This document shows positions 33,576-44,505 of a DNA stretch of 64,000 nt, piece by piece. The stretch lies in the sequence record MN850635.1; one strand, written 5' to 3'. Both the position numbers and the translations under genes were made by a program. This DNA is from Escherichia phage bumzen. The notes beneath the pieces were generated by a model. It had not been told where the DNA came from. It was given only the letters and a program-made list of their open reading frames with translations, and did no database searches. The number at the start of each line of letters is the position of its first letter. Position 1 is the first letter of the stretch.

Positions 33576-33576
33576 A

Positions 33577-33906
33577 TTAATCTGCCAACCTTAAATTAAA
33601 ATTAACACCAAATTTTTCACATACTTCCAACATATACTCAAGGGAAACATTCCCAGTGAGGTGGATTATGTTGGATACACGAGCCTGAGAGATACCACAA
33701 ATTTTAGCAACTTGCTCTTGAGAAAGACCTCTGGATTTAATCTCTCTCTTAAAACGATGTGCAACGAAGTCTCTCATTTCGTCTACATCCATTGGACAAA
33801 TATAACTCTCCATTTCAGCCTCTCTATCAGCCTCCCAATCATCTTGTGGGGCATAAGGGTCAAAAACCTCATTCATCTTTCTTCTTCCGTTTACGTGAAG
33901 TATCAA
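33577..33906 (-). CDS. HTH-domain DNA-binding protein
   Basis: 109 aa; helix-turn-helix-like LSQEQVAKICGISQARVSNI. Confidence 0.5.
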   Translation of the reverse strand: MILHVNGRRKMNEVFDPYAPQDDWEADREAEMESYICPMDVDEMRDFVAHRFKREIKSRGLSQEQVAKICGISQARVSNIIHLTGNVSLEYMLEVCEKFGVNFNLRLAD

Positions 33907-34081
33907 TTAATGAGTCTATGTTTGTAGCTCTGACCTTTTCACGTTCATCATTAAGATAATCATCAAGAGCCTTTTCAATCTGTGAATCATCTTGACAGAT
34001 AACTGTAAAGACTGTAAAGCCGTCTGTATCGTCAATTATCTTACCATAACCGCTTCTGGGATGTAACTTTTTAAGAGCCAT
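33869..34081 (-). CDS. hypothetical small protein
   Basis: 70 aa ORF. Confidence 0.35.
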   Translation of the reverse strand: MALKKLHPRSGYGKIIDDTDGFTVFTVICQDDSQIEKALDDYLNDEREKVRATNIDSLIDTSRKRKKKDE

Positions 34082-34082
34082 A

Positions 34083-34466
34083 TCAAATACCTGTGCAGCT
34101 TCTGTTTTCTAAGAAATACTCAACACCATACATAGCTTTTTGCATCAAATCTTCTTTAAACTGGATACGATGATTGAGCATAGACTGTACATCAATATCA
34201 TCAGGGTGTTTCTCTTTAATATTTGCAGATTGCAGGAAATACTCTGCAAGAACACGATATTGGTAGTCAGTTACCTTATCAGTCATCTCTGTCAAAGACT
34301 CTTCAGAGATTGGTTTAAGTAGCTCACCATTAGCCAGAGCAACACCTTTTACAATCTGGCAAGTATCTTCTGGAACACCTGACAAGTCCACATTTGGAAG
34401 TTCTGTTGCATTGACTGGTAAATTCATTGTCATAACCATTGCAGCAGCTAATAAAATCTTTTTCAT
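34083..34466 (-). CDS. secreted/periplasmic protein with signal peptide
   Basis: 127 aa; N-terminus MKKILLAAAMVMTMNLPVNA. Confidence 0.5.
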   Translation of the reverse strand: MKKILLAAAMVMTMNLPVNATELPNVDLSGVPEDTCQIVKGVALANGELLKPISEESLTEMTDKVTDYQYRVLAEYFLQSANIKEKHPDDIDVQSMLNHRIQFKEDLMQKAMYGVEYFLENRSCTGI

Positions 34467-34511
34467 AATGACCTCAAAGTTATATTAAATTTTGTATTAC
34501 GTTGAGTATAA

Positions 34512-34540
34512 AAATAAGCTATAACACCTGACTTGTCAAC
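34512..34540 (-). promoter_or_regulatory. sigma70-like promoter candidate on the - strand within a palindrome
   Basis: - strand reads TTGACA, 17 nt, TATTTT; overlaps palindrome AAGCTATAA...TTATAGCTT; about 50 nt upstream of the CDS starting at 34466. Confidence 0.4.
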
Positions 34541-34944
34541 AGACTTTATAGCTTATTTGGCAGATTTTTTATAAGGTTACTGCCATCCTTCCATACCAAA
34601 CCTCACCTGACCTCGCCTAACCCTACCTTACCCCACCATACAGCACCTTATTAAAACACCCTGTTTAAAGACCTTTTAAAAAGGTAAGTCTCATTTTAAT
34701 GTAGCTGAGACTAACTACCCATACCTCACCCTACCAGACCCTACCAGACCAGACCTTACCCTACCAGACCCTACCGAACATCACTTAAAAACCCTATGAG
34801 ATACTCTATCGAATATAATTTAAAGACTCTTAAGTGATGTAATCGAATTTTAATGTAGCTCCGATTAACTACCCATACCTCACCTCACCCAACCATACCA
34901 TGCCTTGCCAGACCGCACCTTACCTCATTAAAAGACCCTCTTAA

Positions 34945-34985
34945 AAGACCTTTTAAAAAGGAGCCTCCGAAGAGGCTACCTAGTC
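34945..34985 (-). terminator. rho-independent terminator on the - strand
   Basis: - strand reads GCCTC-TTCG-GAGGC followed by TCCTTTTT; directly downstream of the CDS ending at 34989. Confidence 0.6.
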
Positions 34986-34988
34986 AAC

Positions 34989-35429
34989 TTAGAAAGGTTT
35001 TCTACGTTGCTTGTTAATGTTAGCTTTCATAGCAGCTAAATGGTTTTGCTGTTCAATCAGTCGTGAACGTTCTTGATGACTAAGCGCCATAGTGTTCACA
35101 TTCTCAATTGCTTGAGTGGCTTGCTTTAAAGCTCGACCAATCTTACCAGACATTTTGCGTTTTGCAATAGTTGCTTGATGCTTAGGTTCAACCACACGAT
35201 AACCAACACCCATTGAAGCAACCAGATAAATCTTCTCTTCTTTAAGAAGCTTTTCAATAAACTTCTCAAGTCGGTTTAGACGTGTAAGTGCATAAGCCTT
35301 CATTTCATCTTCGTACTTAACAATGTCACCTTGATAAGTTGGCTTCACAATACCTAAGAAGGTATCCATCTCGGAATGTGATACAGTGTCGCCGTAACTA
35401 AACTTTGCTGCTAATGCTTTTGTATTCAT
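34989..35429 (-). CDS. hypothetical protein (cassette gene 2)
   Basis: 146 aa, basic C-terminus; flanked by the two repeat regions. Confidence 0.5.
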   Translation of the reverse strand: MNTKALAAKFSYGDTVSHSEMDTFLGIVKPTYQGDIVKYEDEMKAYALTRLNRLEKFIEKLLKEEKIYLVASMGVGYRVVEPKHQATIAKRKMSGKIGRALKQATQAIENVNTMALSHQERSRLIEQQNHLAAMKANINKQRRKPF

Positions 35430-35431
35430 AA

Positions 35432-36573
<1,142 letters not shown>

Positions 36574-37710
36574 TTACTCATAATCCCTAATAACTAGCCC
36601 TACAGGAAACTGTAAAGAACCTTTACGAGTCATCTTCTGGAACTGAACAGTTAAAGGTTTCCCGATAAACTCTTCAGGATGTTCAGCAAGATACTGTTTC
36701 TTCTCGTGTGTAGTTTTCCATGAAACATCTACAAAGACGTTAGGAAGAGTCTCTACAACGAACTTACCATGACCACGCTTATCGGTCTTTACACCAGTCA
36801 CTTTAAACTCTTCAGTGTGCATCTTCTTGTGCTTAATCAAGAAGTATGAACGGTGACAACACTCATAGAAGGAGTCTTCAGAGATTGAACGGTACATTGC
36901 ACCTTCAAACTTAGCTTCAACCCACTTATCATGAGCTTCATCAAACTCTTCCCAAGAATTTACACGGATAGTCTGTACAGGAACAACTCTACAGGTATCC
37001 CCAAGCTCAACAATAGGTGAGTTATCAATAACTTCACGACGCTCAGGCCAAGATTTTGAATTGTCACAGATATCATACCAGTAGAATTTAAGAAGGTGAC
37101 GGTCTGGATTGTCAGCATTCTTAATCATAGATACAATATCTTCTAAGTCCCAACCATGAGCATAAATCTCGCCATCAAAGTCTTCAACTTGCGGGTGTAA
37201 TTTAAGCAGCAAAAGCAAATCTGGGATTAGTTCTGCTGGAACGTTGTAAACAGTATTCTCACGAGAATAAGCCGTGAAACTAACTGAATCAGCATCTCTT
37301 GAAATTCTGCAACGTACACCATCAAGTTTTGGTTGAGCATCAGCAGGGAACTTCAAATACTTTGCGTGGCTAACCTTTGCAGCATCATGAGCAAGCTGTA
37401 CACCTGCCTTTTCAGTATTCTGTGCAGACTCTTTTGTGTAAGCATAACCTTTGCGGTCAACTTGCTTTTTGTACTTAGCAGCAACTTCAAAGAGAGCTTG
37501 CTGTTCAGCGTTACGCTCATTCTTTTTACCGATGTTTTTAGGTTCTGCTGTATACTCTTCAAACATCATCTTGCCATTTTCTTTACCGTAGGTTGTAATA
37601 ACTTTGTTACCTACAGCAACGCATGACCAGACGTTAAAAGAGCCATCTTTATTTTGTTTGTATAGAATTGTCATTTTTAACCTCTGAGTGATACCAAGTA
37701 TTGCAAGCAT
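36574..37710 (-). CDS. ATP-dependent DNA ligase
   Basis: 378 aa ORF (true start possibly an internal Met); adenylation motif KLDGVRC. Confidence 0.75.
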   Translation of the reverse strand: MLAILGITQRLKMTILYKQNKDGSFNVWSCVAVGNKVITTYGKENGKMMFEEYTAEPKNIGKKNERNAEQQALFEVAAKYKKQVDRKGYAYTKESAQNTEKAGVQLAHDAAKVSHAKYLKFPADAQPKLDGVRCRISRDADSVSFTAYSRENTVYNVPAELIPDLLLLLKLHPQVEDFDGEIYAHGWDLEDIVSMIKNADNPDRHLLKFYWYDICDNSKSWPERREVIDNSPIVELGDTCRVVPVQTIRVNSWEEFDEAHDKWVEAKFEGAMYRSISEDSFYECCHRSYFLIKHKKMHTEEFKVTGVKTDKRGHGKFVVETLPNVFVDVSWKTTHEKKQYLAEHPEEFIGKPLTVQFQKMTRKGSLQFPVGLVIRDYE

Positions 37711-37862
37711 TACATGCGTAAAGCTCTAAGTCATTTTTATCTGGTTTATGAAAACAGTTTGCTCCGCAGTGGCAACGAAATGGCTTTCCACCAACTGTCA
37801 GGACGAAGGACTGAATCTTTCCATCAGGAGTCCGTACAGCATTTTATGCTTATCTTCTTTGT

Positions 37863-38168
37863 TCATTTCCTCTTGCCACCAATTTCTACGTCAATAACTT
37901 GAACATCACCAGCAACATCAAACTTATGAATGATGCTTTCCACAGTGTAAGTCCAACCATCAATGCGAACCAACTCACCTTCTCGTGGGACGATTGGGTT
38001 ACGTTGAGCTACCGTTGTAGTAGAGTGAACAACATCATAACAATAGATATAGTTTACTAGGACTTCCATCGTGAAACCCTCACTCAATAACCGTAGTGTG
38101 TGATTGACCATTTTTGCCATAGCTATAAGATGTTGTTGTTTGGGAGTTTGGACATCTGACAACAACAA
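37863..38168 (-). CDS. hypothetical protein (start uncertain)
   Basis: 101 aa ORF whose 5' part overlaps the lipoprotein gene in another frame; true start probably internal. Confidence 0.3.
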   Translation of the reverse strand: MLLSDVQTPKQQHLIAMAKMVNHTLRLLSEGFTMEVLVNYIYCYDVVHSTTTVAQRNPIVPREGELVRIDGWTYTVESIIHKFDVAGDVQVIDVEIGGKRK

Positions 38169-38316
38169 TATCTCTGCTTATAGCATCACCATGTAACTTG
38201 TATACTCTGCAATCTTGCATCTCTGGTGGGAGGCTGTAAGAAGCATTTTTATCTTCATAAGAAGGGTTGCAGCCAGATAGAAAAATAACACCAAGCGCAA
38301 TTACTGATTTCCACAT
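38080..38316 (-). CDS. small lipoprotein
   Basis: Trimmed to the Met preceded by GGGGTG; signal peptide with lipobox MWKSVIALGVIFLSGC; mature part about 60 aa. Confidence 0.55.
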   Translation of the reverse strand: MWKSVIALGVIFLSGCNPSYEDKNASYSLPPEMQDCRVYKLHGDAISRDIVVVRCPNSQTTTSYSYGKNGQSHTTVIE

Positions 38317-38503
38317 AATACACCCCTGTTTACTGTTCACGATGCTCTACTTCTCTGTATGTACGTCGATAATGAATGATAAGTGGTGCTAATTCATTGC
38401 TTTTAACATTTGAGCGTAACAGTTGCCAGTCAAAACCTTTACCAACTCTTCCATATAAATTAAAAAACTTAACTTTGCGTTTCATTTTCGGTATCTCCAA
38501 TAT

Positions 38504-38731
38504 TCAGAGGTTAATATTAATACGTTCGCCCTTAAGGACTCCAGTACGGTCCCTTGCAATCTTACCATCAACAATAAGGATATGCGCAGACCTTAAAGAG
38601 TCATTATTAAAACCTTTTACGAACTTACTAGGCATCACTACAATAAGCATCTCCTGAATCAACTCTGGAGTATAGCAGTTATCATGAAGTTGTTGGATAA
38701 CGTCTGCAAGTGTCATTTTTGATGTCTCCAA
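38504..38731 (-). CDS. hypothetical small protein
   Basis: 75 aa ORF. Confidence 0.35.
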   Translation of the reverse strand: METSKMTLADVIQQLHDNCYTPELIQEMLIVVMPSKFVKGFNNDSLRSAHILIVDGKIARDRTGVLKGERININL

Positions 38732-38922
38732 TACTCAATGTCAATAAGTTCTTGTGCAATGCTTTTCAGATTACCTTTCAAGAAAACCTTCTCAGAACCT
38801 GAAAGAGATGAATTGTCAATTAACCTGTTCATTCTCTCAAACAACTTCTGCTTACGGTTCTTGATAGTTTCCTTTGAAGCGCCTTTCATCATCGCTGCAT
38901 GGGTTCTTCCACGATGGCTCAT
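38713..38922 (-). CDS. hypothetical small basic protein
   Basis: 69 aa ORF. Confidence 0.35.
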   Translation of the reverse strand: MSHRGRTHAAMMKGASKETIKNRKQKLFERMNRLIDNSSLSGSEKVFLKGNLKSIAQELIDIEYWRHQK

Positions 38923-38973
38923 AAGTCCTCCTATACAAGATATTGTATAAGGTACTCTTCCCTGAGCACCTTG

Positions 38974-39507
38974 TCAACTTAGTTTTGCAAACTCTCCGTG
39001 GAGTTTAATAGCAGCTTCACAGTAAGCTTTATGGGCTTCTTCAGGGGTGTCATGGTGACCTAAAAACATCTTCTTACCTTTATAACTTATCTGTGCGACC
39101 CACTTACCAGACTTCTTCTTAAGACTTACACCCTTGTACCCAGATTTATTGGTGACTGGTTTACCTTTATTCCAAGCACTTTGAAAATCATCTGCTTCCC
39201 TTAAGTTTACAATCCTGTTGTCAAGTGAGTCTCCGTTGATATGGTCAATGATACCTTTTGGCATCTTGCCATACACGTAAAGCCATGCGAGTCTGTGTGC
39301 TTTATGTGCTTTCTTGTCAAAATAGATACTAATCTGTTTATGACCACTTGAATCAGTCTGGATATTACCTGCCACCTTTCCTGCATAATTACTGTTAAAA
39401 ACACTAACAGCTCTTGATTTACCTTCTCTACGAAGCCAAGTAAAGACCCCTGTTTCGGGGTCATAGTGCAGCAGCTCCTTTAAACGTTTTTGTAAAATTA
39501 AATCCAT
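38974..39507 (-). CDS. HNH-AP2 homing endonuclease
   Basis: 177 aa; HNH-type IDHINGD plus AP2-like YKGVS...WVAQI; N-terminus LHYDPETGVFTW shared with the ORF at 49103. Confidence 0.65.
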   Translation of the reverse strand: MDLILQKRLKELLHYDPETGVFTWLRREGKSRAVSVFNSNYAGKVAGNIQTDSSGHKQISIYFDKKAHKAHRLAWLYVYGKMPKGIIDHINGDSLDNRIVNLREADDFQSAWNKGKPVTNKSGYKGVSLKKKSGKWVAQISYKGKKMFLGHHDTPEEAHKAYCEAAIKLHGEFAKLS

Positions 39508-39510
39508 TAA

Positions 39511-42210
39511 TCAATGTACCTCATACCAGCTCTTACCAACCTTTGCTGTACCAGTTACAAGTGTTTCTTTCCTCAAACCTAAGTTTTTTGAAGCTTGTCC
39601 ATACATCCAGTCAGCAATTGCTTTCATATCATGTGTCATACCCTCTGGACATTCCCAACTATTTTCATCGTGATATGCCAGAAGTAACCTTGCTCCGATA
39701 GCTGGTTTTCGAGCATTCAGTTTTGTCAGGCCATCTTCACAGGCTTTTCTTGCTGCTAGGTTGATGGCCTCATTCTGAATCTGTGCTTCCGAACTCATCA
39801 GGAGGTAGTTCAGTAGTTTATGTGGAGATTTGCACCATATCCATGCTCCAGCGACCCTGATATAACCACCTTTAGCAATTGAAGAATTCTTCCCAAAAAC
39901 CTCTTCCAGAGCCTTTTTAGACGCCTTAAAATCGGCTTCTAAACTATCAAGTAACTTCTTAATCTTTGGCAGACGCATATAGTAAGTTTGTTTAGTCAAT
40001 GCACCTTCTTCCGTAGATGATGCCTTGATAGTTTTTGCAAACTTCTCGTCTCCGGCTCCAAATAACAGGGCGTAGATGCCATTTTTGCTCTTCTTACGGC
40101 CTTTTGTAATCTCGTGAAGAAGTTCCTCATCCTGTGTCTCCCTACAACGAACAATATCTTCTTCCTTGTTCAGACCAAAGTAAATACTGTTCAGTGTATG
40201 CGCATCAGTCCCTGTGTAGACTTCATAGAGGTCGTTCTCAGCATCATAACGAAGATACTTGTCAGTTTCTGGATTAAGATACTTATCGAGATGCTTGCAA
40301 TAGTATCTGCCATCCTCTTGCTTAGTGAACTCTACTGACTCTTTACCCTCAGTTACCGCTTTAGTGAAGTCTTCATCACCCATAAAGTTACAAAGAAGAA
40401 CTAGCTGTGCAGAGTTCTGGTCAACTGAAACGATATTAGTACCTTCCTCGCAAATCCAAACCTCCCTCATAGGTGCTCCATAGACAGCAGCACCAGACGG
40501 TACGTTTACAATACCATATTGTGTCATACGTCCAGTTGAAGTACCAAACACCATTGCACCAGCACTAAGGCGACCATCAGGACGAATCTGGTTCAACCAA
40601 CCTTTTTCATCATCCTTTGAGTTCTCAATAGTTCTGCGTCTGTGCATCAAAGTATAGTACTTAGCAATCTTCTGTCCAAGCTCACCTTCAATCGTATCAT
40701 AAGATGACTCAGTAAGTTTTGGTGAAGTACGGATTAAGCAAGGCTCAAGCAAATCTGTGTATTTCTTCACAGACCAGTTATGCTCAATGTACTGGACACC
40801 TTCATGTTCAACATAACTTAAACCACATCGTTCCACCATCTCCTGCCACTTAGGATGTTTTGTAATCATCTTTTTATTGTCTTTGAAACGACAAACTTTG
40901 ACAGGGCGACCGTCTGAGTCTTTCTTGTAGTTCCAGTCATCTGGAATCCAACCAACTGATTTCAAGTAGTCTTTAACAACTGCTACCTGAGTCATACGAG
41001 AAACTTCAAACTCAATTGGTGTATATGGTGCATCAATCAAACCTGTGTAGCGACTTGACTCAAGTTCAAAGTGGTTAACAACGTGGCTGTTATAGTACTT
41101 CACAGTTTTGACTGTTTTTACTGGCTTCCAGTCTTTGCATTTCTTACCAATCTTTGCATTCAACTCATTGCAAATTGCACGAGCATCCTTCATTGCTACA
41201 AAACCTTCCTTGTACTCTTCACCAGTTACAGAGTTGGTTGGTGTATAGCAATTCCTTTTTTCAATGTTAAAAATCTTTGTAGTTGGCTTACCAAATGGCT
41301 TGATTTCATATGTCTGCATCTCACCGTTACGTACCTGCTGACGGTACTTCGTCTTAGGGTACTTGGTAATTCTCTTCAGTCCATCTGCATGACCAAATGT
41401 TTCAACATACTCATTCCAAGCCCTTGCAAACTCTTCTCCAGTGACTTTACCTTTGGTCTTAATAGTTGGAGGAAGATGTGGTTCAACCTCTGAAGCAAGC
41501 TCATTAGTCAACTTGTCAAGTTCCTTTACATGGAACTCCATAAGCTCTTTGTCAGCTTTCCAACCATTGATAGCTTGCTGGCTCATCCAGAAAGATGTCT
41601 CTTTAGCTCGCATGTAGGTTTCATAAGTGTCTATGCCACACTTCTTAAGCTTGAGATACTCATTATCAAGTGCCCGTTTAGTTTTGGCGTTAATACGGAT
41701 ATCTTCTACAACACGAGTGAAGATTTCTGCATTCCACACACCCCAATGCTCAATCTCTGGCTTACGAACACCAACACGAGCACCCCATGCAGCCAAGCCA
41801 TGAGCACCTTTATAACCCTTTGGGGTTGGTCTATCCATCCACTGAACACGAGACTGGATAAGAGAGTCCTGAAAGAAATTACTCCACGGTTTACACTTTG
41901 GATTATCAAAGTTCCATAAATCAGGTGCAATGTGATTGAAAACCCACCAGTCATAACCGAGACCATTATGGATGCAAAGACGTTTTGCCTTTAACGCAAA
42001 TTCAACACCTTCACGTAAACCACCTTTGATGTACTTGGTATACTTGTGACCGAGGATAGGCTCATCTGTAAAGACCCATACAGGTGGCTCTTCATCGTCA
42101 GATTTATAGTCTGCGAAAGCCATTACGTGCACTTTAGTGAACTCAAGGAGTAAACCATCAGTTTCTGTATCACCAACCAAATGTAAGTTTTTAAAATCTA
42201 CGTTTTCCAT
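39511..42210 (-). CDS. DNA polymerase, family A, with 3'-5' exonuclease domain
   Basis: Start set to MENVDF, which follows a GAGGGAG RBS on the - strand; exo motif GDTETDG; about 900 aa. Confidence 0.85.
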   Translation of the reverse strand: MENVDFKNLHLVGDTETDGLLLEFTKVHVMAFADYKSDDEEPPVWVFTDEPILGHKYTKYIKGGLREGVEFALKAKRLCIHNGLGYDWWVFNHIAPDLWNFDNPKCKPWSNFFQDSLIQSRVQWMDRPTPKGYKGAHGLAAWGARVGVRKPEIEHWGVWNAEIFTRVVEDIRINAKTKRALDNEYLKLKKCGIDTYETYMRAKETSFWMSQQAINGWKADKELMEFHVKELDKLTNELASEVEPHLPPTIKTKGKVTGEEFARAWNEYVETFGHADGLKRITKYPKTKYRQQVRNGEMQTYEIKPFGKPTTKIFNIEKRNCYTPTNSVTGEEYKEGFVAMKDARAICNELNAKIGKKCKDWKPVKTVKTVKYYNSHVVNHFELESSRYTGLIDAPYTPIEFEVSRMTQVAVVKDYLKSVGWIPDDWNYKKDSDGRPVKVCRFKDNKKMITKHPKWQEMVERCGLSYVEHEGVQYIEHNWSVKKYTDLLEPCLIRTSPKLTESSYDTIEGELGQKIAKYYTLMHRRRTIENSKDDEKGWLNQIRPDGRLSAGAMVFGTSTGRMTQYGIVNVPSGAAVYGAPMREVWICEEGTNIVSVDQNSAQLVLLCNFMGDEDFTKAVTEGKESVEFTKQEDGRYYCKHLDKYLNPETDKYLRYDAENDLYEVYTGTDAHTLNSIYFGLNKEEDIVRCRETQDEELLHEITKGRKKSKNGIYALLFGAGDEKFAKTIKASSTEEGALTKQTYYMRLPKIKKLLDSLEADFKASKKALEEVFGKNSSIAKGGYIRVAGAWIWCKSPHKLLNYLLMSSEAQIQNEAINLAARKACEDGLTKLNARKPAIGARLLLAYHDENSWECPEGMTHDMKAIADWMYGQASKNLGLRKETLVTGTAKVGKSWYEVH

Positions 42211-42381
42211 TTTTACTCCCTCTAAAATCATTAACCTCATACATTACTGCAAAAAATTATAAAAAGCAAGTTGACAATGCACTTGACAAGGTGTTAATCT
42301 TTGCGAAGTGGGTTTTTACTTAAAAGGTTACTTAACAGTTTAACTATACAGATACTTTAAAACTCTTAAAAGATTATTTAA

Positions 42382-42423
42382 TAGCTTTTAAAAAGCTTTA
42401 AAGTATAACGTATAGAATACGTT
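42382..42423. promoter_or_regulatory. palindromic operator-like sites in the divergent intergenic region
   Basis: AGCTTTTAAAAAGCT (42382-42396) and AACGTATAGAATACGTT (42407-42423), between divergent gene blocks. Confidence 0.35.
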
Positions 42424-42467
42424 AAGATAAAAGATTAAAACTTAATAGTTACTTAAAAGAGGCTTAC

Positions 42468-42890
42468 ATGCAGAAAATGTTTGTTCACCCAGACATAGCT
42501 GACTTTGTTAGAGCTTTGCAGAAGTTGGAAGAACTTGACATTGCTGCTCAACGGGAATATGCTCACCATCACAGGAGAATGGTTGATATACAACATGAAA
42601 TAGAGTTATCTGAAAACTATGAAGATGACTTAAAATGCTCTGTGTTTGAGCATATGAAAGATGTTGCTACAGCGAGACGTAAAGCTAAAGACACAGTTGC
42701 TTTACTAGACTCTCTTAAAAAGAGGTTGCAAAGTGGTACAGACCTGTGTAATCTAGCGTCACTGATTAACGATGTTGAAACTTCTTGGGATAGGCACTAT
42801 TATCCACGTTCTGAAAAGACACTTGACTTTTCTTCATCCGAAAACTTAAAATGTTCTAGAAAGAAACTTAACCAACTGAGAGAGAAATAA
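42468..42890 (+). CDS. hypothetical protein
   Basis: 140 aa ORF, first gene of the + strand block. Confidence 0.45.
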   Translation: MQKMFVHPDIADFVRALQKLEELDIAAQREYAHHHRRMVDIQHEIELSENYEDDLKCSVFEHMKDVATARRKAKDTVALLDSLKKRLQSGTDLCNLASLINDVETSWDRHYYPRSEKTLDFSSSENLKCSRKKLNQLREK

Positions 42891-42891
42891 T

Positions 42892-43692
42892 ATGAATATC
42901 GATGTAGAAAAGATGCTTGAAGAAAAAGGTATTGACGAAGCATTTTTAATCAATGCCGTAGAAAGCATGGCTATGATTCTTCGTGGGAACAACTACACAG
43001 AACAGTTTATGCCTTCAAGCTATAACTTGCCTGAAGACAAGTCTGATAATGGTGCTTTTGCAGAACAGGTTAACATGATGTTGACAGACACTACACTTGC
43101 TTTAGCATCTATAGTCGTAGGTGTTGATGCTCTTGCAGAGTTCATTTTTAAGGAGATGCAGAAAAATGACTATATCTCCCTTAACTCTGAAGAAAAGGAC
43201 TTATTACTGTCATTAGGTAATAATGAGTTAATTTCCATGATAATTTCATCAACAAGTGCTGTTATGGCTGCTCTTGAGAAGCGAATGGGAGAGAAGCTGT
43301 CACGATATGAAAAACTTGATTGGGGGGTAGAAGAACTAAACCCACGAATCCAAGAAATTATCCAGCAAACCAAAGATTCTTTGGAAGAAGCTGTTGAAAA
43401 TGACTCTGTAGCTGATATAGAACCACTTCAGGTGAAAGTTGCACTGATGATTCCAGCTATCTCTACGATGATGAATATCGTTGCACTAATCCAACTTTCA
43501 CAGATGATGGGTGTAAGTATTGAGTTCATTGAGGAGATGACTGGTGGCGTTAGTATGCAAGCCATCAATGATGTTTTGGTGAACATTGGTGCTTCAATCA
43601 TTGAAGAAAAACTACGCATTAACTTCGGTGATGATTTTGTGAAGCAAATCTCAGCTATGGCTGAAAAAGAGTATGCTGACCAACTGCACTAA
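42892..43692 (+). CDS. hypothetical protein
   Basis: 266 aa ORF, start adjacent to the upstream stop. Confidence 0.45.
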   Translation: MNIDVEKMLEEKGIDEAFLINAVESMAMILRGNNYTEQFMPSSYNLPEDKSDNGAFAEQVNMMLTDTTLALASIVVGVDALAEFIFKEMQKNDYISLNSEEKDLLLSLGNNELISMIISSTSAVMAALEKRMGEKLSRYEKLDWGVEELNPRIQEIIQQTKDSLEEAVENDSVADIEPLQVKVALMIPAISTMMNIVALIQLSQMMGVSIEFIEEMTGGVSMQAINDVLVNIGASIIEEKLRINFGDDFVKQISAMAEKEYADQLH

Positions 43693-43710
43693 GTCTTTAT
43701 AAATCTTACA

Positions 43711-43734
43711 AGCCTCCTTAGTTGGGGGCTTTTT
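43711..43734 (+). terminator. rho-independent terminator candidate
   Basis: AGCCTCC-ttagtt-GGGGGCT followed by TTTTT. Confidence 0.5.
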
Positions 43735-43753
43735 AGTAATTAAGGGAGATAAA

Positions 43754-44497
43754 ATGAGTAATATTATCGCATTTACTGGAAAGGCACGTTCTGGAAAAGA
43801 CACCTCGTGTTCTATTGTGAAGAACATCTTAGAGGATGAGTACGGCTACAATGTTGCAGTAATGGCCTATGCAGACAACCTTAAACTATCTGCATCAAAG
43901 ATATTTGACCTGACTTGGAATGACCTGTATGGTGAAACTAAAGAGACTCCACAGGTTTTTGATTTATCATATCCTGAATTGATGTTCAAAGTTACAGAAG
44001 TTATGGAGTTTACCTTCAAAGATGAACGTTACCATATGGATTTTAAGCTTATGTCAGAACTAACCGGACGATTAATCATGGAGCTTAAGAAGATTGCTAA
44101 ACCGACTCTATTAACACGTCTAGGATTTAGCAACAAGTATAAATTCTCATCAAGACAAATTCAACAGATTTGGGGTACTGAAGTCATCCGTAAAGTTATG
44201 GGTGACAAATTCTGGGCTAAAGACCTTGAAAAACGAATGGCTCGCTTCTTTGAATCTTGTTCACTTATGAATCAAGAGGGTGTTGTTTTAATCAGTGACT
44301 TAAGGTTTGACTCTGAAGCTGAGTGGCTGAGTAGATTTGCACACCAGACTATTGAAGTAAAAAGAGACAATGTGGACAAGGTTTCATCACATGTTTCAGA
44401 AAATGGAATTTCTACCAAATATGCGCGTGACATTATCCATAATAATGGTACTCTTGCAGACCTTGAAAGTAAGCTAAGAGCTATCCTGAAGATTTAA
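43754..44497 (+). CDS. deoxynucleoside monophosphate kinase
   Basis: 247 aa; P-loop IAFTGKARSGKDT, similar to T4 gp1 as I recall it. Confidence 0.65.
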   Translation: MSNIIAFTGKARSGKDTSCSIVKNILEDEYGYNVAVMAYADNLKLSASKIFDLTWNDLYGETKETPQVFDLSYPELMFKVTEVMEFTFKDERYHMDFKLMSELTGRLIMELKKIAKPTLLTRLGFSNKYKFSSRQIQQIWGTEVIRKVMGDKFWAKDLEKRMARFFESCSLMNQEGVVLISDLRFDSEAEWLSRFAHQTIEVKRDNVDKVSSHVSENGISTKYARDIIHNNGTLADLESKLRAILKI

Positions 44498-44505
44498 AAG
44501 AGAGA

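Larger units (their letters stand above)
34467..34988. repeat. repeat-rich intergenic region 1
   Basis: G-poor C/A-rich tracts, palindrome ACCTTTTAAAA(A)GGT at 34671 and 34953, conserved hairpins at 34687-34710 and 34841-34866, 10-bp inverted repeat CATCACTTAA / TTAAGTGATG. Confidence 0.7.
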
